NCBI GenBank assembly: GCA_028534125.1
Contig: CM052818.1
Location: 4,218,001-4,282,000, forward strand
Reading direction: 5' to 3'
Origin: Lama glama
Lineage: Eukaryota
Length of the DNA: 64,000 nt
The notes under the pieces are model-generated. The model was not told the DNA's origin, searched no databases, and saw only the letters and a program-made list of their open reading frames with translations. Made by a program: the position numbers and the translations under genes. Shown one piece after another: positions 52,586 through 64,000 of this stretch (the stretch's first letter is position 1; every line of letters starts with the position of its first letter).

Positions 52586-53458
52586 AAACTGGTCGTATGC
52601 AAATGTATTTGTCAGAGCTATTCTGTATACACAGCAATTTTCTGTCACTTGTTATTGGCAAATACTGCATTTGCAAGTTCTCTACTACTTTTTGTTTTAG
52701 TGGATTTATTTATCTTCACATCAAAATTTAATCTTCAAGGTAATCTGTGATTACCTAGTTATTTCATCCTGACATCACCCCACATCCATCCCCAAGGTTA
52801 GCACCAGGAGTGTGCAGGAGGCCTTCCAAATACATTTGCCAATAGGCACACTGCAGAAAACTGTTTCAAGGATTGCCACCAGCTTTGGTTATGCTAGGCG
52901 CACAACTCCATTACTGGTGATACTTGCTTAAGTTTGTAAAGCAGTTTACAATACCCACATAACTCCAACCCTGTTGAATGGCTAAGGGAACAAAGATGCC
53001 CATCTTACAGATGAGCAAACTGAGGTTTGGAGAAGTTAAATAACCTGTCGAAAGCCACATGGCTAGTAATTGACAAAACCATGATGCAGAGCCTTCTGGA
53101 TCTTGCTCCAAATCCAGTGGGCCCTCCAATCTGCCATTTGTTCCTTCTCTTTCCAACCAGAGCAAGCCATACCCCTTCCTCCTGCCATCCTGGCATCTTA
53201 GCAGACCCTCTCCTCTTTTCTTCATAGTTGGTTTCTACCTATCGATGTTCCAAAAAGGAGTCAGACAATTGGCAGCTATTTTTCTTTGCTTATGAGTATG
53301 CCCTTGGCTTGGTCTGCGTGTCCACCACTACAATGGCTCAGGTCAAGATCCGCTGAGAGCCAGCATTTCCCAGAGAACAAAGAATAAAGGCTGCTGGACA
53401 AAGAAATGCCTGATCAGTAATTGTGTGATGATTGTGGGCCAGGTGATTAAGCAAAGAG

Positions 53459-53585
53459 GGTATGGCTCAAGTGGTAGAGCGCATGCTTAGCATGCATGAG
53501 GTCCTGGGTTCAATCCCCAGTACCTCCTCTAAGAATACATCAATGAATAAACCTAATTATCTCCCCCCACCATAAAGAAAAAAGA
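53459..53585 (+). mobile_element. tRNA-Ala-derived camelid SINE (vic-1 type) in the PROKR1 intron
   Basis: tatggctcaagtggtagagcgcatgcttagcatgcatgaggtcctgggttcaatccccagtacctcc; perfect TSD aagcaaagag at 53449-53458 and 53586-53595. Confidence 0.92.
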
Positions 53586-53876
53586 AAGCAAAGAGCATTT
53601 GAGCTCCCTCTCTGTCCCCAGGACTCAGCCCCAGATCTAGTCATGGAAATGGTCACAGTAGCGACTAGGTGGGTCACGGGATGGGTAGCAAATGCACAAC
53701 CTGCCCCTTGGGCCAGCTGGCCCCAACCAATAAGGTCACCAGGGAGCATCTGTGCTTCCTACGGCTGAGTACTGTTACTCGCGCCTTGGCTGCCTCATCC
53801 AGGCAGCACAGGAGAGCTGCCGATGGGCAGGCGGATTAGCCAGCTCCTCTTGGATTCTGGGTAGAAGAAAGGAGGG

Positions 53877-54553
53877 ATATTCCTTAAAAAATTTACCTAT
53901 GACCATAGACTTACCCTATGATCCAGCAATCCCCCTCCTGGGCATATTTCCAGAGGAAACTAATTCAAAAAGCTACATGCACCCCAATGTTCACAGCAGC
54001 ACTATTTACAATAGCCAAGACAGGGAAGCAACCTAAATGTCCACTGACACATGATTGGATAAAATAGACGTGGTGTATATATACAATGGAATGCTACTTA
54101 GCCATTAAACAAAAAGAATGAAATAATGCCATTTGCAGCAACATGGATGGACCTGGAGATTGTCATTCTAAGTGAAGTAAGCCAGAAAGAGGAAGAAAAA
54201 TACCATATGATATCACTCATATGTGGAATCTAAGGCAAAAAAGGGCACAAATGAACTTATTTACAAAACAGAGACAGACTCATGGACATAGAAAACAAAC
54301 TTATGGTTATGCGGGGGTGGGATGGTAAATTGGGAGTTTGGGATTTGCAGATATTAACTACTATATATAAAACAGATAAACAACAAAGTCCTATTGTACA
54401 GCACAGGGAACTATATTCAATACCTTGTAATGGCCTATCATGAAAAAGAATATGAAAAGGAATCTATGTGTGTATGTATATATATAACTGAATCACTATG
54501 CTGTACAGTGGAAACTAACACAACATTGTAAACTGACTATACTTCAATAAAAA
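53877..54553 (+). mobile_element. L1 3' end in the PROKR1 intron (antisense to the gene)
   Basis: DLPYDPAIPLLGIFP (ORF2 C-terminus), 3' UTR, aataaa plus A-tail; TSD aagaaa(g/t)gaggg at 53865-53876 and 54554-54565. Confidence 0.92.
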
Positions 54554-55759
54554 AAGAAATGAGGGTCTCCCAGTGCCCCACATGCCTGAGATCCAAGAGA
54601 TACACCTGGAGGACACTGCCGGTGTCCCCACATCAAAGAGAAAACCCAGACCTGGGGGGGACAGAGTCCTCTGATGGTCTTTTTCAGCTCCCCACTGCCC
54701 TCAGGTCTGACTCTCTGTGCCTGGATTTTGTGATGTTCTAGAATAAGACCCTATTCTTTTGGGTCTCCACTCTCCTTATGTTCCATGTCCTGTCCCACAC
54801 GCCTCCCCACGGGACCTCACGCTCACCTCAGGCATCCTCACCTCTCGGCTTTTGCAAACACTGTTCTACCCTCTTAGAAATCTTTTCTTCACCTCTGCTG
54901 ATCATTTGTTGAAGGCCAGGTAAAAGTCCATCTCCTGCCTGAAGCCTCCGCTGACTACTCTAATACACAATGATCTCAGCTTTCTCAAAATTTCATTTAA
55001 AATTGACCATTTACTTACCTTCTAACGCTTTCATAGGTTAGCCCCCCACCTCCCTGCACTCTGGATGGGAAGTTTCCCCAGAGCAGGGATCGGGGCTCGC
55101 CTTACTTCTTTTGTAACCTTTATGCTGCCTGTGAATTCTGGGCACCTAGCATTGTAGTAAAACTTCGCCCTCAGCAAGTATCTGAGGCACTGGATGAACA
55201 GACACGTAATAAACCATGGTGACGGTCCTTAAAAAGATTGCAATCTTTTTTGGAAAACAGGACATCAATGTGTTTACCCAGCATGAGACTGCCAGGCAGT
55301 CCGGAGCTCAATAACAAAACGGTGGAAAAGCAGATGAAAAGGTTCAGGCCATATTTTGTAGACAAGGGAGTTGTTAGAGGTCCTTGGAGCAAGAGAGGGC
55401 ATCATGCATGAGGCAGACGGTTAATCTGACTGCAGTCTTGCTTTCTTCCCACCAGCCACCAGGCCCTTCTCTCTCTTCCTAGAACCTTCAGGTTTGCTCC
55501 TGACTCGAGGCCTTTGCGCTTAGAATTGCCTTTGTCTGGAATGATCTTTCTCAGTCTTCACAAGGCCAGGTTCGGGTTTTTCTTTTTCTGTTCTACTGTA
55601 TCTTGAGAGCTGTGTGTCTTAGAAACTTTGTATCACATTTTAAAAATCACATCATAAAAAGCATCACCGCAGGGGAAGCAAACAGGTTAGGAAGTCGGAA
55701 ATAGTCATTAGTTTACCTGGTTTTCTTGTCATTCCCTTAAGGGTTAATTTGCAAATTGC

Positions 55760-55990
55760 CACACCCACTGTTTATGGAGTGCTTACTCTGTCTTAAGCCT
55801 GGTTCTAAACAATTACATATATTATTTCATTTCACCCTCAAAGCAACCCAATACAGGAGGTTTTCTTATTATTCCCATTTTATGCATGAGAAAACTGAGG
55901 CGGAGGGAGGTCAAATAATTACACACGGCCTTACAGCTCATGGATGGTGCAGTGGGAGTTTAAATCCAGGCAGAATAACTGCTCACACTA
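55760..55990 (-). mobile_element. MIR SINE
   Basis: tattcccattttatgcatgagaaaactgaggc. Confidence 0.75.
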
Positions 55991-57728
55991 TTTCTACAGA
56001 AATTCCTTTTAAAATAAATACATGTTTATAACTGTGGGTGTTTTTGTTATATCAAGGTCAAAATTAGTTGCCTAAAACTAACCAAACCAAACCTGAAAAC
56101 CACTGATCAAATGCTGAGCACATGAGGCCCTAGACCACAAAAATTGAAATTCGATGGTAAAAACACATAAAAATAAAACTAAAGTGAAGCAAAGATCACA
56201 ATCCTCAATAAAGGAACTTGATGCATTGGAGCAGGCAGTCAGTTGGCCAAGGCCATTGATGGTCCTGCGCAGACAGCAGTGCCTTCCTCCAGTGTCTGGG
56301 TGGAAGTTTCCAGTCAACACCCCACTCTAAACAATAGCCGTTTCCATGTGCAAAGCACGTTCCCCAATTTATCTTTCTTGTTGTTTCTAAATTCCGTTGT
56401 ATCAACTCACCCTGTAAGAGAAATGCCGGCACTATTTCAGATAAGTTGAGTTTTGTATGAAAGTAGAACGTGAGTTTTAAAGCGTTCAGTAGATGGAGGC
56501 AGATTTGACAAAAATATTATCTCTTACGTGTTCAAAATAGCCCAATGCCCTAATGTTATCCTGGCTTCCATTACCCTTGAAGCCACCTCTTCATGCAGTG
56601 TTACCCCTCTCGATGAGTCAGTCCATGTGATAAAAATGGGTCTCTCCCAAGGAGCGGGGTCCCACCCCACAGCAGGCACCTGCTTACTCCACTCAGTGGC
56701 TGACAGCATTCCATGTGAAAAGATGTCTTGATGGAATGAAACTTCCAGAAATGACCCCATATGTTTTGTCCCGTTCATGCACCAAGAGAGTTGGTGGCAG
56801 CTTCCACTTTCAGAGACAGGGTCCCTGGAGATCCTTCTTGACAGCTGGGAGGAGCTCTTGAGGGCACATACTCTGCCTGACTGACCTTCGTGCTCCTTCT
56901 GGTGGATTCCCCCAGGGTCCGTTCCTGGGTGGACAGAACTCCATGGGGCTCGGAGACTCACGTGGAGGACCTTGGCCAAGGAGAAGCAGCCTTCTCCAGG
57001 GATGACACCTCTGAATACCTTCTGCGGATGGCAGACCAAGGGCTGTTTAACGTGCCAACTCCCTGACCACCTTCTAGGTTTTAAAGCCAGGCTCCTTGTC
57101 AACCCTCTTTCCTAAGGAGTGGCTTACTTCTAGGTACTCTATGCCTGGTTGTCCTGCTGATGGCTTCAGAAAACAGGGTCTGTTCACTGTGTCCCTCCCG
57201 GGAACACTGTCCTGGGATGTCCTGTCTGTAAGGGGCAGGCTGACCTCCCCCAGAACCCTGAGGCCACGCAGCACGAAGGGCATCTGTGCGCCAGGCTCTC
57301 TGGGTTAAGGGAGGGAGACGGGCTGTTCAGGTCCAAGTACACAGAGGCCCGATCAGACCCTCTAGCTAACCGTCTCAACACTGGAACAAGTTGTTTTCTA
57401 ATAAGAGTCGGGCTTGGGGCAGAGGAGCCCGCAAAGATTGTCCCAAGGGAACAAAAACCACTCTGGCCCATGAGCACAGGTGATTAGACTAAATGACGAG
57501 ACTGAAGATGCATAAGAAAGATTTGCATAGGCTGCTCGCAGTGTCTTTATCTCCCATCACCAGAAACAGCCCTTCCGTACTGTGGCCTGCGAGTGTACGA
57601 AAAGGAACAAACCTTTTACTGCAACAACCAAAAAAGAGTAAGTAAGCATATGTTCCCTTTTTGTTTTGTTTTGGTTTGTTTTCAAAACAAATCCCTGAAC
57701 TTGATTGAAAATCAACCGGTGCTAGTAG

Positions 57729-58343
57729 TGAGGGAGAAATAATAAAATGGCCGCGCTTAGGCTAACTAATTCTTGGCCGTATACTTGCTGTTTGCTTTGA
57801 GAGCAGTCAGCAGATCTGACTGATCGGACATGGCTCCCAGCCCCAGGCCCATTGTTAGAGTCAGAGCTATTGATTTTCCTGTTTGTTCTGCCTTACTCTG
57901 GTAATTGAAGTTTACAATCATGTTTGGATTTTGAGTCACTCCCCCAGGAAGGGAGTCATGGGACGATAATGTCAGGAGAATGACCAGATCCTCTGAAGTT
58001 CCTCCTGGCGCCTGATGAGTCTGATCAGATACAGAAGGTCACGGGCTGATAACCCTCCGGACCACTGGACAGCCCCATGACACCGGGTGGACACGCCAAG
58101 ATTCCGGAGGAAGCTTTACCAGAGACTTCTGTTAATTAATATCCCCTTTTACACCCCAACTTGTTCACTATATAATCAGTAAGCCCCAACCCTAAGACGG
58201 GTTCACAGTTTTGAAGGCACTAGCCTGCTATGAGTCCCCTTTCCCCGGCAAAACAATAAATCTGCCTCTTTTCCTCAAAGCTCCAAGACCTTGTCTCTGA
58301 GTTATTCAGCTCGTCAGGAACAGGGGCCGATCTTTCAGCAACA
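57729..58343 (+). mobile_element. Intact ERV1-type solo LTR in the PROKR1 intron, antisense to the gene
   Basis: TG...CA ends, perfect 4-bp TSD gtag (57725-57728 and 58344-58347), TATATAA at 58169-58175, AATAAA at 58255-58260. Confidence 0.85.
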
Positions 58344-59142
58344 GTAGGGTCATTAGTAGGGACATAATGTCTGTACAAAACCAAATGTTTGTTACTAGAA
58401 CTTCTGCATCACAATGAAAATCCAGTTTTAAAAAAAAAACACTCAACTCAATCAAAACCCATGACTTCAGAATCAGTAGGTTCTTTGAAGCCACAGTAAC
58501 CCTTGAATATGGTTAAGACTCGAATGCAGACCTTTGGTTGGTTGTAAATCTAATTAAGCTTCCAACTTGCTCAAACAGAATGACAAAAAGACAAAATTAT
58601 ATTTTTTGGAGATACAGTCCACTGGAACCACCAACACTGGATAGCTGTTGGAGTATTTATTTAGAGTCCCAAGATAATAAGAAACGCAGGCATCCTTTAG
58701 ACACTCTTCTGTTACCCTTTCTTCCCAATCAGAGATTTGTGGATGTGTGGAATGGCAGCAATGACACCACCACCAGCAATTGTAGCCTTGATGAGAGATG
58801 TTTTAGTAGAGGAAGTCTTGATGAGATAGAGACCTTCCTCAAGATTTCCAGGAACTTAACCTTGCCCCTCCACACCTCCTTGTCACTGTCTATCTCTAAA
58901 TCTTGGCCAGATCCAACATCTAGGAGTGTGTCCATAGAAGTGGGACCCAGAGCTGTCCCACTGCTCAACTCCAGGGGGCTCTGCCACCTGCTGCTGCTTA
59001 CAGCTGCAAAAACTAGAACTCTTCTCACTGTTCAATAATCGGACCACCTTTGAGCCCCCATGCATCCACACCTCGGGGGAACACAGATACCTCTCATCAG
59101 TTACACCAGCCCCTTCCTTCGTTGTCCCCAGCCCTCACTCAC

Positions 59143-59627
59143 CTGTCGATGGCGATGGCCAGCAGGGCATTGGTGGAAACGTAGAGAGAGACGGTGCGCA
59201 GGTAGTTGACAGAGGCGCACAGGACGTGGCCGTGCTCCCAGGAGAGCTGGCGCACCACGTAGTAGTCCATCTCAAAGGGGCAGCAGACAATGGCCACCAG
59301 GAAATCGGAGATGGCCAAGTTGGCGATGAGCAGATTGGTGAGGTTTCGCAGCTTCTTGTAGCGGGCTAGGGCAGCGATGAAGATGAAGTTGCCAATACCA
59401 CAGACCAGCATGATGCCCACCAGGGCCATGCCGATGACGATCTTAGCAGCAAAGAAGGTCCGGGAATTGGTCACGTCCTCATCTTCATCCAAGGGCATAT
59501 CGTAGTCGCCATAGCTGAAGTTGAATGGGAAGGAAGCAGTGTGGGCTCCATGGGGGTCGAGCATAGAAAAATAATTGGCTGAAGTATTGATGACATTCTC
59601 ATCCATGACCCCCATGGTGACCTCCAT
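59143..59627 (-). CDS. PROKR1: Prokineticin receptor 1, first coding exon (N-terminus to TM3, DR|Y split)
   Basis: [16 protein letters not shown]...[34 protein letters not shown]...[20 protein letters not shown]...LLAIAIDR; donor AG|GTGAGT; length and termini are PROKR1-type rather than PROKR2-type. Confidence 0.97.
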
Positions 59628-59778
59628 CTGGCCAGGTGAAGCCTTGAGTAACACTCCTGGGAATTCCTCTGGGGTGATGTCAAGAGGCTGAGGTCCCTCC
59701 TTTCTGCTGACACTCAGGTCTCCCTTAATGAGTCAGCATGTCATCCTTGGGGTCCAGTAACCAAGCTCCATTCTAAGC
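59628..59778 (-). other. PROKR1: 5' UTR part of the first coding exon of PROKR1
   Basis: Branch-point-like ctaat, then tgtttgtctttcaaag|G acceptor at 59779/59778. Confidence 0.75.
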
Positions 59779-61579
59779 CTTTGAAAGACAAACAATTAGC
59801 TACATACGTAAGTGAACCTGGCCAAATTTTAAACCATCCTATAACCTAAGCTGATCCATTAGCCACCTGCTCAGAGTGAATACTGGGAGATGGAGTGGAA
59901 ATAAAGGAACCAGTGGAAGGAAGCAAATGAACAAAACCACACACCCCACTCACCCAGGAAAGGTCAGGCTGCTGGAGAGACAAATAGGCACTGACTCCGT
60001 TTATTTCTATTCCACCAAAGACTGAAATGTTGCACTTTTTCTAGGGGATCAAAGTTAGGAGTGTGGGGAGGCTGAAGAGAATTAAAGTGACCGACTCCAA
60101 ATTCCGTTCCTTGTCCCAACAGCCTGAACTTTGTCTTTGTGGAATTGTCCCATTCTGTGGCTTAAAAGAAACTATTCTGAATACCATGGAAGAGGGGAGG
60201 ATTTGAGACATGAGCTGGCCTCCTTCCTTCTGGGAAAACACTGCTTTAAAATCACAGAGTCTATCTAGTGGCCGCCTTCCCCTCTCCCTACTGGGCTTCC
60301 TGTTCCCACATCCAAGTCTGCTGTGACCCTAGAAGCCAGGCACAGTATTTACCAAGGCCTGTCCCCAGACAGAACTACAGGGGTAAAGTCACAGCTTAAT
60401 CACCGAGCGGCTTAGAGAGGACTCTGGAGCGAAATCCTCCCCTGGCTAGTTGTATGTTCTGAGACAAATAGCTTAACTGCTCAGAGTTTCAACATCCTCC
60501 AGGCAAGAAATCAATGATGTCTGTAAAGCACCGAGGTCCCTGGAGAAGGAGGATGTTACACCCTAGGGCTGCAAGGAGTTACCAGTGAGGACCCACTCAG
60601 GCCTCCTCAGTCAGCTACCAGGAAGAGGAGGGTAAACTGGACCACAGCACAGGATGGGGCTGGGGTCCTGGGAGAGGGTTGTCAGTTGCACTGCCAGGAT
60701 GGAGAACCAGGAGGGAGCCAGAGTCCCCCAGACCCTTGCCCTCTCGCTGCAGCCCCCGTCCCTCCCAGAGCCTGCAAACATCAGACTAGGTTGCTGGGAT
60801 GTAAGGAGACGGCTGGGGTGTGGAGAGCTCCACAGAGGTCAGGAAACCCGCAGAGGGAAGGGGAGTGTGGAAATCTGTGGCTCCTGGAAAAGCGAGGCAC
60901 AAGGAAGACCCCCCCCCCAGCCAGGATCCCCCAGGAAAGCCTGTTGCCTGCATTCCTCAAAGGTGACACATCTGGGGCCTGTCTTTGCGGGGAGGACTCA
61001 AGTCCCCTGCACCCTGGGGGAGGCTCAGCCCTAGTCCCATCTCTTTTCCCCAACTCCTCGCCTCCATTTTTCTCAGATTTTCTTCTGCCTCGGAGCCATC
61101 AGTTCTGCCCCTCTCAGGCCCTGCCCTTTGCCCCTGTCAGGTGTGAGAAGCAGAACCCAGAGCTGAAAGGTCAGAGGGGGCCAGGCTTCCTGCCCAGGCA
61201 GGAAGGATGCAGTCTCCATGGGACAGTCCTCGCCCCTCGCAGACCCTGAGTGTCTCCCAGGAGCGCCACCTCTGAAGGTGCAAGCTCGCTCGCCACGTGG
61301 AATTCTCAACGTCATGTTTAAAAACAGAGTCATACAAACTTCTTAGGGAGACGGGGTGTTAGGAAATTTGGCATTTGGGGAGAAATTATCCAGTGGTCTT
61401 TTTTTTTTTTTTCTCCTTTAGTCCCATCTCCCCAACCAGAATTCCACTGCCACCAGGTGTCCTCTGGAGCCCCTGAGTTTAGCGCTTGCCCCCTGGCTGG
61501 ACCCTTCCGATCTCTAGAAGCCTCTCTTTTCAGCCCTTGCTGATAAGCCCTCTCCTGCTCCCAACTTTGTTCTCAGAGC

Positions 61580-62510
61580 CTCAGAGGCTACGTACGCCTA
61601 AGGGCAGAAGGAGGGAGAAGCCCGGCTCCCCCTGAAGCAATGAACTGAATGCGAGTCTGTTGTAAAGCTCCCTCCCGGTTCCACAGCCCCAGCGCCCCGG
61701 CGGCCGGCGCCCCGCGGAGTCCTTGGAGCATCGCCCCGGAGGGCGCGCTCGGTACCTGCGGCATCTCGGCGCCGGGCGGACAGGGTCCAGAGCTCTTCAT
61801 TCCGGGAGCGGGGACACGAGCCGCTTCTTCCAAAGGCCCGCGGGCAGAGCACAGGTTCCCTCTCTCCCTCCTCCGCTCCGGGCTCTTTCCCGACTGGGCT
61901 CGGAAGGTAGCTGCGCTCTCGCCGCCGCAGATCCGAGGACGCGGTGAGGCCACCCTCCGCGCCCGCTGTCCCCGCCCCGGTGGCCGCGGGGCGCCCAGGG
62001 CCACGGCTCGGGGAGGCGTGCTAGGCGGAGTCTGCGAGGCTCCCGGAGGCACAGGGTGGCCGGGCTCCAGGCAGGGGCACGTCGGGTCGCCCGGGCACGC
62101 GCGCGGCTGGGGACCCGGGAGTCGCCCCGGGGCCAGAGCGTCGGGGACGCAGAGGCGGCAGCTCCAGGCGAGGACACGCCGCAGGGAGCTCGCGTTCCCT
62201 GGGCTCAGGCTTCGGAACGGCCGCCTGGGGCGGGAACGCGGGCGGTGGCGCTCGCCGCGGGGCGCAGCGCGGACTCGGCGCCGGAGGCTCGCGCCGCGCA
62301 CGGCTGCGGCCGCCCCGGGGCTCCGCACCTCCCCGCCGGCTCACCTGGGCGGCCCGTCCCGATGCGCCGGGCCGATTTCAGAGCACCGAGAGCGGCCCCC
62401 CTCCGGCCCACGCTGCCCTCGCAGGACACGCTGGGCGTCACCCAAACCTCGCTCCCTCGGGCAAGCCCAGCTGGACAGCGGACTCAGCTCCGTTTCGGCC
62501 GCCTGACCTC
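61580..62510. promoter_or_regulatory. PROKR1: CpG island at the PROKR1 5' end
   Basis: Very high GC and CpG density; GC boxes (ggggcggg at ~62227, gggcgg at ~62240 and ~62347). Confidence 0.92.
62345..62500 (-). other. PROKR1: Probable non-coding first exon of PROKR1 (5' boundary uncertain)
   Basis: Strong donor CAG|GTGAGC at 62345/62344 inside the CpG island, upstream of the 59779 acceptor. Confidence 0.6.
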
Positions 62511-63057
62511 TGTGTTAGAGGCTCGGAGAACTGCTTTCTGGAAAGCAAGGAAGTGGCGGGAGGGGGACAGTGTGGATGCCAGAGAGAGGGAGGAGCGCCC
62601 CCCTCCACCACCACCAGCAAGGATGTCTTTTCAGAGAGCTAGGGTGGCCAGAGATGACTTACAGAGCACACATCTCCTCCAAAAGTCTACAAATTTCTCA
62701 AGAAGTTAAGTATAAAATTACTTTCTGACCCAGCAATTCCACTTCCAAAAAAATCGAACGCAGAGACTCAGATCCTTGTGTACCAATGTACATAGCAGAG
62801 ATACTGACAACAGCCCAAAAGGTGGAAACGGCCCAAATGTTCATCAACTGATGCATGGATTTTTAAAACGTGGTATTTGCATACAATAGAACATTTCTCA
62901 TCCTTTAGAAAAGTAATGAAGTATAACAAGTGTTGTAGAGGATGTGGAGAAATTGGAACCCTTGTCCTCCCCTTCTCTCTGGCATCCACACTGTCCCCCT
63001 CTCGCTACTTCCTTGCTTTCCAGAAAGCAGTTCTCTGAACCTCTAACACAGAGGTCA
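62504..63057. repeat. Inverted repeat: arms 62504-62594 and 62965-63057
   Basis: Arms are reverse complements with 4 substitutions and one 2-nt indel by manual alignment. Confidence 0.93.
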
Positions 63058-64000
63058 AGGTTGGTGGGAAGGTAAAATGATGCAGCCGCTGTGGAAAACA
63101 GTATGGCAAGTCCTCAAAAAATTAAAAAAAATTTTTTTTACATTTGATCCAGATAATTTCACCTCTGGGTATAGTCCCAAAATAATTGAAAGCAGGGCCT
63201 CAAAGAGATACATGTACAACTATGTTCACAGCAGCATTTACCACAACAGCCAAAAGGTGGAAGCAATCCAAATGTCTATCGATAGATGAATGGGTAAATA
63301 AACTGTAGTAGATACATACAAAGGAATATTTGTCAGCCTTTAAAAGGAAGGAAATTCTCACAGATGTTTCACTATGGATGAACCTTAAAAACATTATGCT
63401 AAGTGAAATACGCCAGTTGCAAAAAGACAAATACTGTATAATTCCATTTATTTGTGGTACCCAGAGGCATCAAAATCATAGAAACTGGAAATAGAATGGT
63501 AGTTGCAGGGGGCTAGCGAGGGGGGACATAAAGGAAGGGGAGTTCCTATTTAATGGGTACAAAGGTTTAGTTTCTCAAGATAAAAAGGGTCCTGGTGATG
63601 CATGGTGGTGATGGCTTTTTAACAGTTTGAATTCACTTAGCTGTACACTTTTAAATGGTGAAGATGGTAAGTCTTATGTGTATTTTACTACAGTGGGAAA
63701 GAAATGGGGTAAAAAAAGAATTGATACAGGCTACAAAATGGGTGAATCTTGAAAACATCATGGTAAGTGAAAAAAGCCAGACACAACAGAGCGAACACAT
63801 GACTCCACGTATATGAAGTACCTACAGGAGGCAGATTCACAGAGTTAGAAAGTATAGAAGTGGGGAGGAATGGGGAGTTACTGTTTAATAGACACAGAAT
63901 TTCTGTTTGGGGTGATGACAAAGTTTGGGAAATGGATAGCAGTAATGGCTGCACAACATTGTGAATACACTTAATGTCACTGAATTGTATACTTAAAATT
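62700..64000 (+). mobile_element. Cluster of old L1 (L1MB/MC-like) 3' fragments
   Basis: gacccagcaattccact, gaggatgtggagaaattggaaccc, peptide [15 protein letters not shown], aacattatgctaagtgaaa, ttctgtttggggtgatga. Confidence 0.85.

Noticed and set aside
53459..53530. tRNA-Ala gene (also 33995-34070)
   Set aside because: A-rich tails, TSDs and a shared non-tRNA 3' part mark them as SINEs.
59628..59654. N-terminal extension MLLKASPGQ of PROKR1 in the ORF track
   Set aside because: Starts at a non-ATG codon; the ATG at 59627 gives the expected 393 aa.
61440..61505. CTCF-like motifs (also ~15730)
   Set aside because: Only partial matches to the consensus by eye; cannot be supported without a PWM scan or ChIP data.
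61588..62709. Long ORFs (246, 285 and 217 aa) on both strands
   Set aside because: Stop-poor CpG-island DNA; Arg/Pro/Gly/Ala low-complexity products with no recognisable domain.

Overview
Mammalian genomic DNA, very probably from a camelid, because it carries two copies of the tRNA-Ala-derived vic-1-type SINE. It is not prokaryotic, so most of the ORF track is noise. Two genes lie on the minus strand in the order known from human 2p13. PROKR1 (prokineticin receptor 1) is complete: two coding exons (59143-59627 and 49941-50637) give 393 aa, and a probable non-coding first exon lies in a CpG island at ~61.6-62.5 kb. ARHGAP25 is represented by its promoter and first coding exon (6501-6561), and its intron 1 runs off the left edge. 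The rest is intronic or intergenic DNA rich in L1, L2, MIR, MLT1/ERV LTRs, hAT and Tigger DNA transposons and microsatellites. I found no convincing new multi-gene system. The best leads are: a ~91-bp inverted copy of the PROKR1 promoter edge pasted into a neighbouring L1; a ~350-bp element made of an L1 5' head fused to an L1 3' tail; a twin-primed (5'-inverted) L1; an intact solo LTR antisense in the PROKR1 intron; uORFs in both genes, one running through a (CA)n repeat; and several candidate upstream ARHGAP25 exons or promoters. Repeat family names come from recalled consensus sequences. Repeat boundaries without target-site duplications (TSDs) are approximate.
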